64,000 nucleotides of DNA, from assembly GCA_040954595.2 (NCBI GenBank), contig CM082593.2:7538043-7602042 (forward strand), written 5' to 3'. Below, piece after piece: positions 39,801 to 53,233 of this stretch (position 1 is its first letter; each line of letters starts with the position of its first letter). The stretch is from Balanoglossus misakiensis. Taxonomy: Eukaryota; Animalia; Hemichordata. The notes under the pieces were generated by a model. The model was given only the letters and a program-made list of their open reading frames with translations, ran no database searches and was not told where the DNA came from. The translations under genes were made by a program, and so were the position numbers.

Positions 39801-41269
39801 TGACATACAAGCGTCGACGAACACAATAGGTCTGATGCATTGTATGTAAATACAATTTTATACTTGCATGTGCAGAAGATCATTTTCAATTTAAGTAGTT
39901 CTCATGAGAAAAAAAGAAACTGAACAGAATGTGTCATTTTAACTAAATTTACTATGCGTGTACGCTTTCGTTTGCAGATCGACTTGTCTCAAGAACACCG
40001 ATTACTGCGATCGGCTGTCGCGAGAAACGCCACCAGAACGAGACAGTTGAGGAAATCATTACTGTCTCTCGGGATGGAAGACCAAAGGTGAGTGTAACAG
40101 AAGACAGACTGGGTCAAACTTTACCATAGAAAACAAAAGATTTGGACCTAGCCCTGGTTGGGACAGGGCTAAACATTTGCGTAATGCTGTTTTTCTTATG
40201 CAAGACAGGGTGGGAGCACCCTACACCCTATATTTATGAACCTCACTCAGCAATTTACCTGAAATCATAACCAAGGCTTGAAATGTGTTGTATACAAACA
40301 GTAAAGTGATTTAGATTGGGCTGTTATGACTACATGTACCATTAAAACCCCTTTCACCCCCAGTTACCTCTTTAGAGGTCCAACTTTACCATAGAAAACA
40401 ATGGGTTTGGACTGAACCATTGTGGTGAAAGGGGGTTAAATCAAATTTGAATCGGTGCAGAGTACCACACTGCTCCTTGAGAACACAATGAACCCCCTCT
40501 GATAACCAAAAAACTTCACAATGCAGACTTCAAGACGAAATCGCCGCGAAGAAACAGAAACTGGACGAAAAGAAGGAACACAAGAAAGCCATGGAAGAGA
40601 TCAGTGAATTCCAGACAGACTTTGAGGATCTGTTTCAGGAATATGTGAAAACGGCGGCCACTGCCAAACCTAGAAGTAGTGTAAGTAGAGGTTGTTTGAG
40701 TGCAACTTGAAACAACAGCATAACATACTTCTTCCTTACAAAGAGAGATAATACAGTAAATGCAGATTTCGTTAAATTTCCTTCTTAGCGTGACTAGGAT
40801 ACAGACTTTCTGTTGTGATATTAGTTCAGTAAAATCCTGTTTTCAGTCTCAGAACAGGCAGCTCATACATGTATATATGTAACTAGAACAAACCGCATTA
40901 ATTTAAAATGCAAGACTATATATGGGGGTCCTCTCTTCTATGAACTGTTCTCTCACAGGGAAGAGCGCCCTCACACATGTAGGACAACTTTTTACATTGG
41001 CGCAGTCATTAGCTCATGATGGTAATCCCAATGGACATTGGCTGGAGATATTGATATTTTGAATACATGTGAACTCGTCATTGAAAATAATCAGATGTTC
41101 TAAAACATGAGAAACTAATTTTATTTTATTTTATTTTTCCCGTCGCTAGGATTACAACTGCCCGTCTAATCTGACTGGTTTAGTGAGAGACGTGGGTAAT
41201 ACCCTGCAAACGGTGACCAGTTTGCGATCAACAAACGACGCACTGCAGCAGTGGTTGGATGCAAAATAA
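36802..41269 (+). CDS. CENPU: Centromere protein U (CENP-U/MLF1IP)-like kinetochore protein, ~492 aa, 8 exons
   Basis: Exons 36802-36878, 37285-37868, 38191-38439, 39107-39212, 39574-39652, 39978-40087, 40527-40680, 41150-41269 are GT-AG and phase-consistent (1479 nt). A disordered S/P-rich N-half is followed by MWIGGG..ADLTDLDVILNMVEDETLDYRETVDSSACRRGINEFF..coiled coil..SEFQTDFEDLFQEY..DYNCPSNLTGLV..LRSTNDALQQWLD. This parallels the vertebrate CENP-U C-terminus as I recall it (ELNIVL..ESKVCKAAI.TFY..FLSNLKQLYQDY..YDSSSLPALL..LRNINHQLEKLLD). Confidence 0.72.
38972..39120 (+). repeat. 42-bp tandem repeat (~3.5 copies) spanning a splice acceptor of the CENP-U-like gene
   Basis: Unit ACCCCTTAGGCCATGTTAGAATATTAAATTCTGTATTGTTGT; the AG recurs at 42-bp period, ending at 38980, 39022, 39064 and 39106. 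Confidence 0.9.
40342..40439. mobile_element. ~95-bp piggyBac-like MITE (TTAA..CCCTTTCACC / GGTGAAAGGG..TTAA)
   Basis: Terminal inverted CCCTTTCACC/GGTGAAAGGG with TTAA at or near both ends. A second copy lies at 43091-43179 and a fragment at 40111-40148, sharing CAACTTTAC..TAGAAAACAA.GG.TTTGGAC. Confidence 0.7.
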
Positions 41270-43090
41270 AGCATGAGCTGTCCAGTGTTGAAGGAATATC
41301 GGAATTTTACCATTCACGCCACTGGTCTAAATATCCACCATAGCTTTGCATTTTATGTGCGTGTGGTATTGAACAGTGCGGTCTCGGTGAAAAACTGTCC
41401 GAGTGAACCACTCAAATGCATCGAACATAATGTGTTGGTATTCTCGCTTGGGATATAGGAGGTCGTCGCCGTGGAAACAAGAGACAGTACATGGCCGGAG
41501 CACCCATCGGTGACTGTACTTTACCCAAGGCACGCCTAGAATCAAACCTTGGTATAGTGAGAACAAAAACACCTTTTCTATAGAACTATGCCTGTCTAGT
41601 ATCAGATACAATCACTACTATCAAACATGCAACACAACAGAGATGAATTCTTGAAGATAAATTTTTGGAATAGTACCAATTCCCTGGTTTTGCGTACCTG
41701 CCATTTTTTCAGGATTAACACGTTCCTAGTGTATTGTAAATTGGAGCCAGTGAGTTGACCTCTGACCTATTGAAGAATGGTTTTCATGCACGCATCTTGT
41801 TAAGAGTATCCAGTAACTGCTGAAGTTCTCGTATGATATCATCAAGAATATTATTTTGTACCAGCTGTGAATTACGCATGTTATGTTTTTACACATTTGG
41901 ATATCAGATATAGAAATGCTTGTAGATGAAATGCATAAATGCCTTCATGAAGCATTTTTCGTTTATAAATTTTGTTTACCAAAAATATATTAGTAAATTC
42001 CAAGGGATATATTATGGGGGTCACACAGGGACCATTAAGACGTTTCTGAAATGTCTCAGATCAAATACTGGCGTAAATTATGATGTGTGAACGGTCTAAG
42101 TGGACCTGAAACTTTTCATATTTGAGAGGGCTTTGTCGGCCAGACCAGAGCTGGTGTAAGTATTAACACCTTTCCGCAACCCATAGTCTATGGGGCCGAG
42201 CCTAAGCGCCTATACATGAACTTTGTGTGTGCAGACACGACTCAAAGGATTAATTCTCTCTTTAGCATAGGCAAATAGTGTCTCTGAAACGTTTCGAATT
42301 TTACCCTGTGTGAACCTGGTATATGTGAAACAAAAATGAAACTACTGTACTTACTTAATTAAATGTAAAGCCACTTTCTTATGATATTTTTTTTGTTATT
42401 TATATTTAATATTAGATGGATTTCATGCTATTGTATGTACAGTAATCGTCAAGTGCCACTGCTCAGTCCATGCTGAGTGTATAATTAATTATCCTCTAGG
42501 CCGACTCGGACTTGCGTCATTTATATGAATGATTCAATGCCTGGTCTCTTACCAATTAAACGATTCAAATAAATACTGCCTAATGGTGATTATTCTCATT
42601 AGTTTATTACGAAGCCTGGGTTCATTAATTATAATGTTGCGAAAATAGACGTTGGGCCATTGAATACGTGATATACCTTGATTGCTAATTTACACCGTAA
42701 CACCTGCGTCTCGTACCAAAGTATATTCTCCATGCCCTGGATGTCCTGAAAAGTCACGGCACATTTGTGAATATCAAATCATAAACTTTTAATGTTAATC
42801 TTTCCAACCAGCAAAAGGAAAGTCACTCTTGCATACATTCATGATAACACTGCGTTTAATTATTCACGTGAGCAGTGAATTTTCAACGAAATAAGCTGTT
42901 GACAAATGATATTTTGTTCAGACTTGAATTATGAAGTTTTGACAATATACTCTCCATGTTGATGGGGTCTATAAGTTCGTTCTCTCAATAGCATGTTACG
43001 GGAATCTCTGTCAAATCTCAAAAGGACAAAAGACAGAACTGTAGAGTACTTGGACTGCTCTCATGCAACTTTAAAAAATGGTAATACTTT

Positions 43091-43179
43091 TTAACCCTAT
43101 CGCCCCCAGTTCCCTCTGTAGAGGCCCAACTTTACAGTAGAAAACAATGGATTTGGACCAAACCATGGTGGTGAAGGGA
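43091..43179. mobile_element. Second copy of the short piggyBac-like MITE
   Basis: TTAACCCTATCGCCCCCAGTT..AGAGGCCCAACTTTACAGTAGAAAACAATGGATTTGGACCAAACCATGGTGGTGAAGGG aligns with 40342-40439. Confidence 0.7.
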
Positions 43180-44618
43180 ACATCCACACCACAGGGGCAA
43201 ACCAAGCAAAATGGCATATGGATGTGAAGTCTAAAGTCTCTGCTTGAAGACACAAACTGTTTTCTTTCGAATATTCAATAATCGCTCCAGAGTTGATCCG
43301 TTTCTTGGAAAGCTTTAGCACAGGCGTGATAGCCAGATAATAGAGGTGATCACGCTTACGCCAGATTTGACCGCGGGGATTTCAGTTTCTCTATATCTCG
43401 GTGTCCGTCGAATTATTCATTTACATGTGCCTCTGAGAGCGAAAAATCAGGAAAATATATCGATATCGGGCGATGAGAAATAGGACGCACGCACGAGTGT
43501 TTTGGGGTTTGCTCATTTAAATTTTGAGTCATGGTGAAAATGCGTTGAAGCACGGTCACTCCACACGGTCACTAGTGACCGTGCTATAACGCAAGCAGAG
43601 TTCCATGCTCCAAAACTCTAGCTCACATACGATGACCTGCGATCTGCGTGTGCTAGCTTAATTACAAGGTAACAGAGACATCATGATACGCACATAAAGC
43701 TTTACTTCTAATAATAGCTTCTGAATAATACCAGTAGTTTGTATCAACGACCGCCAATCCCCATTTTTTCGTTTCAGTTTTTCATCTGGACGACGGAGTC
43801 TGCTTTGTATGTTACTTTACTATGAATGATGAATGCCGTTTGTACTCAAAATAAAAGTGTATTTTAAGACGCAAAAACACAATAAAACATTTTATAACCC
43901 GCATTTGTGATAAAAGTAACATGTTTTCTAAAATTCGGAGAAAAGGAACTCTGACTTTTATAGCCTCGGTGCCTGTTTATGATATTTTCATGGTTTTATT
44001 AAGATTACGTATTATGCTCCTCCTTTCATTTTTTTGCTATATTACGTTTAGCTATACCGGTGTGTGGTACTGGTCATCCACCTGCACATTAGCTTATGAT
44101 ATTGGAAATGGTGCAATTTATAGGCGACGATCGAGAGTATAGCAACATTAAATGACATCCCTTGCAGGGAAACAGTTCCTACACGATTGCAATTGGATGA
44201 TCATATAAAGTCGGGTTACCATCGTACTCGAATTGATGCTACGGCGGACTTTTGGAGATCGTTGATGAATTGTGAATTGACGTACAATCATGATCCGACC
44301 TACTAATTGCCCTAATAATCGACTGAAAGACACTTGTTGAAATTCGAGCTCTTTAAAACAGATGGAAATAGTGCCGGTAGGCATTCACCCACCCATGCGT
44401 GTCATATTAAATAATGTATATTTACGAGCGGTAAAAATATAATAGTGCATAATCTCCATATATGTATTATTAATGATGCCTTAGGGATTTAAACTACACC
44501 GTGTCATATACGTCCCCGACCATGTAGACCGTGCCATGTGATAGGTCACGTGACGCTCTCATTACAGAGGGATGTCAGAATTTCTACATTCAACTACGAT
44601 TAAAAGACCCGTTCAGAC

Positions 44619-47169
44619 ATGGCTAACAAGAAGGAGAATACAGAGGACGCAAGTTTGCGACACATCATCGCTAAGTTCGCGTCCAAGACCACGGCCCACG
44701 GGATACCCAATATCACGGCCAGCACAACAGTGCGCGGTCGGGTGACCTGGTCCGTCATCGTGCTTGTCGGCTTCGGCCTCTTCCTGGTGCAATCGTCGCT
44801 CTTACTGACGCAGTACCTCGACTACGGCGTCAAAGTTAAGGTAGGTGAGGTTGTGCTACCACTGAAAGCATTTCAGACCCGCACCCATACCCGGGGGATT
44901 CGAATGTGCGAAAAACAACCAAAATGCAAGTTTTTAGCAAATGTTTTTTTTTTTATCAGAGTATAAGCTTATTAAACCGATCAAAACTTTATTGGGTTCT
45001 TACAAGTAAAATACTTTCAGGAATATTTTAATGTCGAGGGCGAATTTAACCGTGCTGTTGCGACAGATCGACGATTAAAATTATTTATATACTGCAAATC
45101 TCATCAGCTACACACTGGAGTGAAAGTCGACACCGTTGGCATCGAAAAAAGAATGCCATCTGGTTTGTGATATAAATAAGTACATGTATACAGTTGCATT
45201 TGTCAAATGCATATGCAACGAATGTCGACCTTAGATACTGGTAAATAACTGATCTTTGGATAAGAGGGACTAAATTGTATGAGAGAGCTGCGTGGTTGGT
45301 CTGGTCTAATGATTCAGCCGACCCAAGCGGGAGTAAAGATTGACAAAAATTATGCAGAATGATTGTCTCAAATCCGAACTCAGATAATATCATGCAGCTA
45401 ACTCTTTGAAGTCTGCCCCACCCAGCGTGCATCAATGGAGACAGAAACACGCAATGGAAATTTGAAATTAATTTACTGAAATACGATATTTAGCTTCAGC
45501 ACGTCTGCGACATATCCGTAAAACATTTTGTGGAGCGCCAAATGTATGGTTTGATTTAAATTTGTATGTGTGTGTGTTGGTGGGACCAGGATGGGTGGGT
45601 TTATGGTTGTTGTGTATACAAAGTGTCTCGCTCTCGCTGTCATTTTCCCATGAATAATGTTTGATACAAGACACCCTTTATATCAATGTACATGTGGATA
45701 TATAGTGAATAACGTTCAACCACACACACTTTCCATCCCGCTTGTAGACACGAGAGTGAAAAAACACGCCAAAATGAATAATCGGTCTCTACCATTGATT
45801 CATTTTGGGCGAGTTTTTACTCTCATATCATACAAGCGAGATGGAAATTGTGTGTGTGGTTGAACGTCCATATACTACATATCCACACGTACAGTAATAT
45901 AAACGGTGCCTTGTATCAAACTTAATTAATGGGGGAAAAAGGCAGCGAGAGAAAGACTTTGTCTCTTTAAACTAAACTCTATTCTCACTAGGGTGGTGTT
46001 AAGCCGCCGCAAAATCTGGAATAAGGCTAATATGGGAAGTATTGAAGGATAACATTTAATGCAGTCCCTTTTGGCCCTATGGGGTATTCTGTCCAATCAA
46101 AGACCCCGAATGGATATTGTGAATTATTGATAGACAGGATGCATATCCGTCCCTTGGTCGTCTTTAAAACTTAATGAACAGAAGCTGTTTACCAATGAAA
46201 CCGAGTCGAATTATACGCCTGCTAAAACTGACAACCTATTGTACCAATTCATGGCTAGCTGATACGTCGACACACAAAACCATATGGTCTGATATCCAAC
46301 TAGAGTTTTGGCTACCTGCTTTTGAAATGCAGCTGCTAAATGGAGCATATACGCGCGGAACGACCTATAATGAGTCTCTGTGTTTGTTTCTAAGCCGAAA
46401 CACATTTCGGTGATAATTATGTGGCAATCAAATTACAATGGCTTGTTTGTGAAAGGAAACAGGTAATAGTCGTGGAAACTAAATAACAGGATATAGAAAA
46501 AATGCGCCTGTCTGAAAAAAAGAATGATTTGGTTACATTTAATAATCAGGTTACAGCGTTTCACGGGTGTAGACTTAAGATAAAACGTTGTAACCAGTAT
46601 CGACAACGCTTAATCAATTACCCGTTACTTTAGGGGATATTAAACGGGGAATACAGAGACGTCAACAAGCGAGAACTACTACAGGCTGGTAAAACTATAC
46701 CAGATAATCTGAAAATTAACAAATTGCAAGTTGGGATCTTGTCCAAATACATACCGTAGTCATCAACGAGCAACCATCCCTTTGCGATGGGGCCCTTATA
46801 TGATTATTTATAATTATCAATTATAGTAATTGGCGGATCATGATTCCCGGAGGGAATACTAACTATATGCGATTGTTCGGAGAAATAATTTGTGATAATT
46901 TTGAATTCTCACCCAAAGGAAAGAAATAAAAAAACGAATGTTCATCACCGTCACTTTGCAATTCATATATATAGTGACAACAGGTGCGAAGGTTGATATT
47001 TAGCTTCATAATTTCATAGGCCTGGCTTTTATGTTGTGTTTAACGCATTTCACGGATTATCTTCAATCTAATAAAAGCCACACAAAATAAATGGGTTTTT
47101 AATAATCAAATCACACGTCAATCTTTGAGCTTCCTGAAATAGGCCTACGTATTTTTGCAGAAAATAAAA

Positions 47170-47200
<31 letters not shown>

Positions 47201-47656
47201 TGTATGTATGTATGTATGTATGTATGTATGTATGTATGTATGTATGTATGTATGTATGTATGTATGTATGTATGTATGTATGTATGTATGTATGTATGTA
47301 TGTATGTATGTATGTATGTATGTATGTATGTATGTATGTATGTATGTATGTATGTATGTATGTATGTATGTATGTATGTATGTATGTATGTATGTATGTA
47401 TGTACATGTATGTATGTATGTATGTATGTATGTATGTATGTATGTATGTATGTATGTATGTATGTATGTATGTATGTATGTATGTATGTATGTATGTATG
47501 TATGTACATGTATGTATGTATGTATGTATGTATGTATGTATGTATGTATGTATGTATGTATGTATGTATGTATGTATGTATGTATGTATGTATGTATGTA
47601 TGTATGTATGTATGTATGTATGTATGTATGTATGTATGTATGTATGGTTGTATGTA

Positions 47657-47755
<99 letters not shown>

Positions 47756-48634
47756 ATGTATGTATGTATGTATGTATGTATGTATGTATGTATGTATGTA
47801 TGTATGTATGTATGGTTGTATGTTTGTCCTTAATACTTCCTTAGTACTTCATTTTCCTTGGCAGGTTGATCTTGTTTCGGTCTCAAGGCTAAAATTTCCA
47901 ACGGTGACTGTGTGTAACACAAACAAGATTCGAAAATCCGAGATTGAGAAGTCGAAACATGCAAGGATCAACATCGTGGATGAGGAGTTTGTACTCCCAT
48001 ATTACGGCAAGTTGGTGTTTTTGCTAGATCCCAAATTGGCATATATATCTTACACGACACAATATTAAGTGCACATCATAGAAAACACACACAAACAAAC
48101 ACGACAAAGCACTTGTCTATTTTCACATATATTCGCAGCCATCTTAACAAGGAACACACATTTTCAAAGATTTTCTGGTCTGGAATATTTACCCCTGGAG
48201 GTATAGGAGTGAGACCTACAGTCAAGTTTGAATACAAGATGCTGAGATCTGCAGAAAATATCTAACCCTAATCATACGCTTACAATACTAAGGGACGCGT
48301 AGAGATTAAAGGTCATTTCAGGTTTGAACTCGGATAATTATGGCTTGGTGTATGTTTTTACATTATCTTGATTGGATCGGGGCTTTACGTGAATAATTTC
48401 CGAGTCACATGCCTAGTTTCACACGCAAGGTTAAGTTTATTCGCCCTTTTACTTTCAGCGCCCTGTCTGCCAAGCGATTTCAGTTGCAAAAATGGCACTC
48501 TCTGCATCAAACCTTATCTTGTCTGCGATGGTATCAACCATTGTCAAGATATGAGCGATGAAGATGATTGCGTCTATGGTAAGTATCAGTTCTTTTACGC
48601 GTAGTTTCGTATCGTGGCGGGTGCTTGAATTGTT

Positions 48635-48696
<62 letters not shown>

Positions 48697-51600
48697 AGAC
48701 AGACAGATAACAAGATAGAGACATTATGCCGTGATATAAATTTATATAGTATTGGCACACAAAGGCATGACCATCTTTGTTCTTTACCGAATATTAATAA
48801 ACAATGACAAAATACAGATTTGCGAGGTTCCTGTCAGTCTTGACAGTCAAATTAACGACGGCTATGTTGTAACCCCAGGCGTTTACATTGTGTCGGCAGT
48901 GCACGTACGGAAGACTATTAATTTGTTAGGTTAGATGTGAGACAAATTAGCTTGGAGCGTGACATACGTCACTCGTGCCTTAGTAGACGATGACCTTGCT
49001 TATAATGCTTTGCAAAGAGTGAACGCGACTTTCTACAATTGCGCTTACAAATGTTGATCGGCTGTTGGGAGGAACCCAAAGCGTCACAGCGATTGTCTGA
49101 CAATCCTTAGATAACGACAAAAACGGTTATATACATGTTTATTAGTAAAACAATCCCAACCCATTTTGTTATGCCAGCGTAAAAATGAAAGCACGGACAC
49201 TGCTATATCTGACTACTTATTTTTTGTTCTGTGTCGTGAGACGATCTTCACTGGAAAACAACGAGTCATGGACATATAGTTTGCAATTTCGAGTTAGTAA
49301 ATAATGGATTAGAGCAACAACTTTAACATCGTGAATAAATAAAGTTCTAATCAGATGTCCGGGGAGCTAGCACCACAACAGTCGTTTGAACAACCAAATT
49401 GAAGGCTATTAATTATAAAGTCAAGGCTGCCATTTCAATCGACATGATCAGGCGTCAGGGGAACTATCGTCTTAATGACAATCGTTGGCGATGCGAAGGG
49501 AATGAACTACTGGTTTATATATTAAGTATGATTATATTAGAAGATAAATGAACATCCATTTTCAGGGGTCACCAGTCACGGTCAACGAGGTCGAGTAATA
49601 TGTTACAAACGATTGAAATTTGAATGATTTATAAAGATCTCCATCTTTGTAGGGTCACAAAGTTTACAATTATACACAAACTAGATATTATAGAAAAACT
49701 AGTGTTTATATGCACAAACAAGAACATTGTACCAAAACACCAATAACCGAGCATAAACCCTTAATTTTAATCAATTAACATGAATATGAGATCGAAAAAA
49801 AATCCTCTTTTGGGTATTTGCGTATACGCAGGTACGTGTGGTACTTCGCAGTTTCGATGTTCATCTGGCAGTTCCAAAGGATACTGCATTGACGCTCACT
49901 TCCAGTGTGATCGCAATGCTGACTGTTACAACGGCGAAGACGAAGAAAACTGTGGTACGTATACCACCATTTGGTCAAGTGTTTAGATCTTTCATGCGTC
50001 TATAGCATATGTTAAGTAACGCCCATAAGCTCCATCTGCTTAAAGGGACAGTAGCAGTAACTTCTGATGATCATGTCACTATTTTTTGTTCAACTCAACA
50101 ACTAGTGTTTCTTATTCTACTCCCTTAAACATACATACGTGCCAAGTATTGAGCATCTCAACAAAGTGTGTAGGCCAGTAAAAGTGCCAAGTTATTGTTG
50201 ATATTTAAATTTTAGTCCGGACTTAAATTTAGTCGTCAACAATAACATTGCTGGAAAAGTATATATTGACTGTGGTTACAAGCTTAATACTTGGCATAGT
50301 GTACGGAGTAGAAAAATAAACTGTAGGTGACACGCAGAAAAAATATACCTGAAAGTGCTATCAAAAGTTACAGGTACTATGCCTTTAAAGTTCCTAGACT
50401 CTTTTGCAGATTGCAGTGTGGGTCCGGAGGAGAACTTGATAAAATGCGTATTCATGCAGTGTCTTGTAACAGATTCATATTACCTTACCACTTCCCTTAT
50501 TTTATCGCATAACCAGCATGCAACGAAGACGAATTCAAATGTAAAGATTCAAGCGGCAGTTGCATTGCGCGGGACATGGTATGTGATGGCATCACGGACT
50601 GTGTAGACGGTAGCGATGAACACTACACTACATGTGGTAATTATGTTTGTTTCGCTCGTTTAGAGTGTGTGCCATTAGCGTCGCGAATGATTTTAAAGAT
50701 CTCCGAATATGTGCAGATGTAAGTTCGATTTTTCATCCAGAGCTGATACAAATCTAATGGCTATTGGACAAGCTGTACAGTGGAGAGTTCGCCATGTAGT
50801 TCAGATACACGGGATATTTATTGTTGTCGACGTTTTTGATTTTTTTCTCTCTACAGCAATGATGACTTTCAAGAAGACTTCACATAAAGGTCTTTTCCCC
50901 AAAGAGGCAGTGAAAGTTCCCAACGTGTCTGTTGAATACTGCGCACTCTCGTGCCTGCAGTACAGTATGTTCGTGTGTTTATCGTTTGATTATGACACTG
51001 AAGAGGCGAATTGTTATCTCAACCCTGGAAACGTGCAGACGATTGTCTTTTTCCTGTCAAACAAGGACAACAACGATTACTACGAAAGATCTAACCACGG
51101 TAAGCACATTTGCAATAAACAGTAACTGCGCCGTCATCATATTGGTCATAACTGACATGGTTGGTAAGGGTTGTTTTCAAGGGTGGTGGTCGTTCTTTCT
51201 GCGGCTGCGTGGGGGTCCCTTACGATACAGTACTGTTGCCAGCAAGTCAAAACATTCGCAAAGTGTAACTGCTACAATGTACATCGTTGCAAACAACGTG
51301 ATTGTTGCTTGTATTGCACTGTACAACATGGCATACATAATGCCTCGTTACATTTTATCACATTTCCCATTTACTTTGACATAACATATATTGGTTGACG
51401 CGGTCCCCCCTGAACATTGAGAACAATGCCAGCTGTGTGTTGATAAACAAAGAAAGTCGCACATGCGCAGTTCATACGCCCCCTCTCTTTAACTAAGTTG
51501 CTATACATTACACTTTTAGTATTCCCCATTCTAGACTTCGGCTCCCTTAGCGGCAACACGGCACTGAAGTTCCAACATTTTCCGAATGCGATGATTTCAC

Positions 51601-51995
51601 CAATCAAGGAGCCTTCCGTGGTGACAACAGAAGAGTGTGCGCAGTTGTGTTTAGACGAAACCTCGTTCAATTGCCAGGCTTTCACGTACCAGCCACAGAC
51701 AAGTCGATGCTGGTTGCACGAGGCCAGCTATTCTCTAAATGGCTTGCCCATGATTACGGACTCAAGATATGATTACTACGAACGCAGAGGTAATGTTTAC
51801 ACTGTAGTTGATTATGTCATGTAATACCAACCAAATGAGTTTTTATGTAAGTGCTAATGTATCAAATATTTAATTGCTTTCAATCCAAACGTTTTTTTGG
51901 ATATAAAAATGATATCTATGACCTAAATTCCAATCTCTGAGCTTCCTGAAAGAGGCCTACATATTTGTGTAGAAATAAAAGTATATGTATATGTA

Positions 51996-52028
<33 letters not shown>

Positions 52029-53111
52029 ATGTATGTATGTATGTATGTATGTATGTATGTATGTATGTATGTATGTATGTATGTATGTATGTATGTATGT
52101 ATGTATGTATGTATGTATGTATGTATGTATGTATGTATGTATGTATGTATGTATGTATGTATGTATGTATGTATGTATACTATGTATACTATGTATACTA
52201 TGTATACTATGTATACTATGTATGTATGTATGTTGTGTATGGCATAGTTTGATTAGTTGGAATACGGTTTAAAAAGTGTAAAAAGTGAAAACGATGTCAT
52301 TTGAGTTACACATTTTTAACAGCATGTTTAACACTGCTTTTTTGCAGGCATAGAGTGTTATGCACTCGAAGACGGAACGGATTACCGAGGACGCGTATTC
52401 GTTTCATCACTGGGATATCACTGTAAAACTTGGAGTGCCTTAGATCCATCAATATACCAATATACTCCGTCTACTACGAAGCAGAAGGGACTTGGTGACC
52501 ACAATTATTGCAGGAATCCGAACGGAGAGTCTGGGCCTTGGTGTTACACTGAATGGGGGCAGGAACACTGCGCAGTGGGCTTTCCCAAATTGAAATGTCT
52601 GACGCAGGAACCAACTCTGCAACAGGCGCCAGGGACGACACCGCACCCGCAGCCCACGACGGGGGAGACCGACTGCGCCTCGGAGCTTGACGGCAGCGAC
52701 TACCGCGGGAACATCTCGGTCACCGAGTCGGGCCTCACCTGTCAGAAATGGACGAGCCAGTTCCCGCACACCCACAAGTTTGTTGTGGACCCGGACGTTG
52801 GCATCGGAGATCACAATTTCTGTCGCAACCCGGACCGGTCGTCGATCAGGCCGTGGTGCTACACGATTGCCGCCTGGAATAGGTGGGAGTATTGTGACAT
52901 CACTGAAGAAATGTGCGACAGCGCACGTGAGTTACCCAACCCGACATCATAATGCGTTTTGGTCAATTGTCTGTATATTCTTAAAGAAAAAATTCTGGAG
53001 ATTTGAGTACACTTTTGACGTAATTAAAGTGGCATGCCTCTATCAAAATTTACCAAAGACCTTTGTGGCATGGGTCAGATTTTACACCGCCTCCACAGCA
53101 GCAGCAGCAGC

Positions 53112-53163
<52 letters not shown>

Positions 53164-53179
53164 TCATCATCACCACCAC

Positions 53180-53233
<54 letters not shown>

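Noticed and set aside
43897-43904. GCM consensus sites ATGCGGGT/ACCCGCAT noticed at 12076, 43897 and 59637
   Set aside because: About two occurrences of an 8-mer are expected by chance on both strands of 64 kb, and the local GCM domain has altered contact residues.
47111-48068. Long ORFs of MYVC/YIHT repeats (also 51965-52272, 56415-56993, 25643-26024, 36470-36842, 34044-35084, 53034-53290)
   Set aside because: They are translations of stop-free microsatellites; only the embedded true exons were kept.
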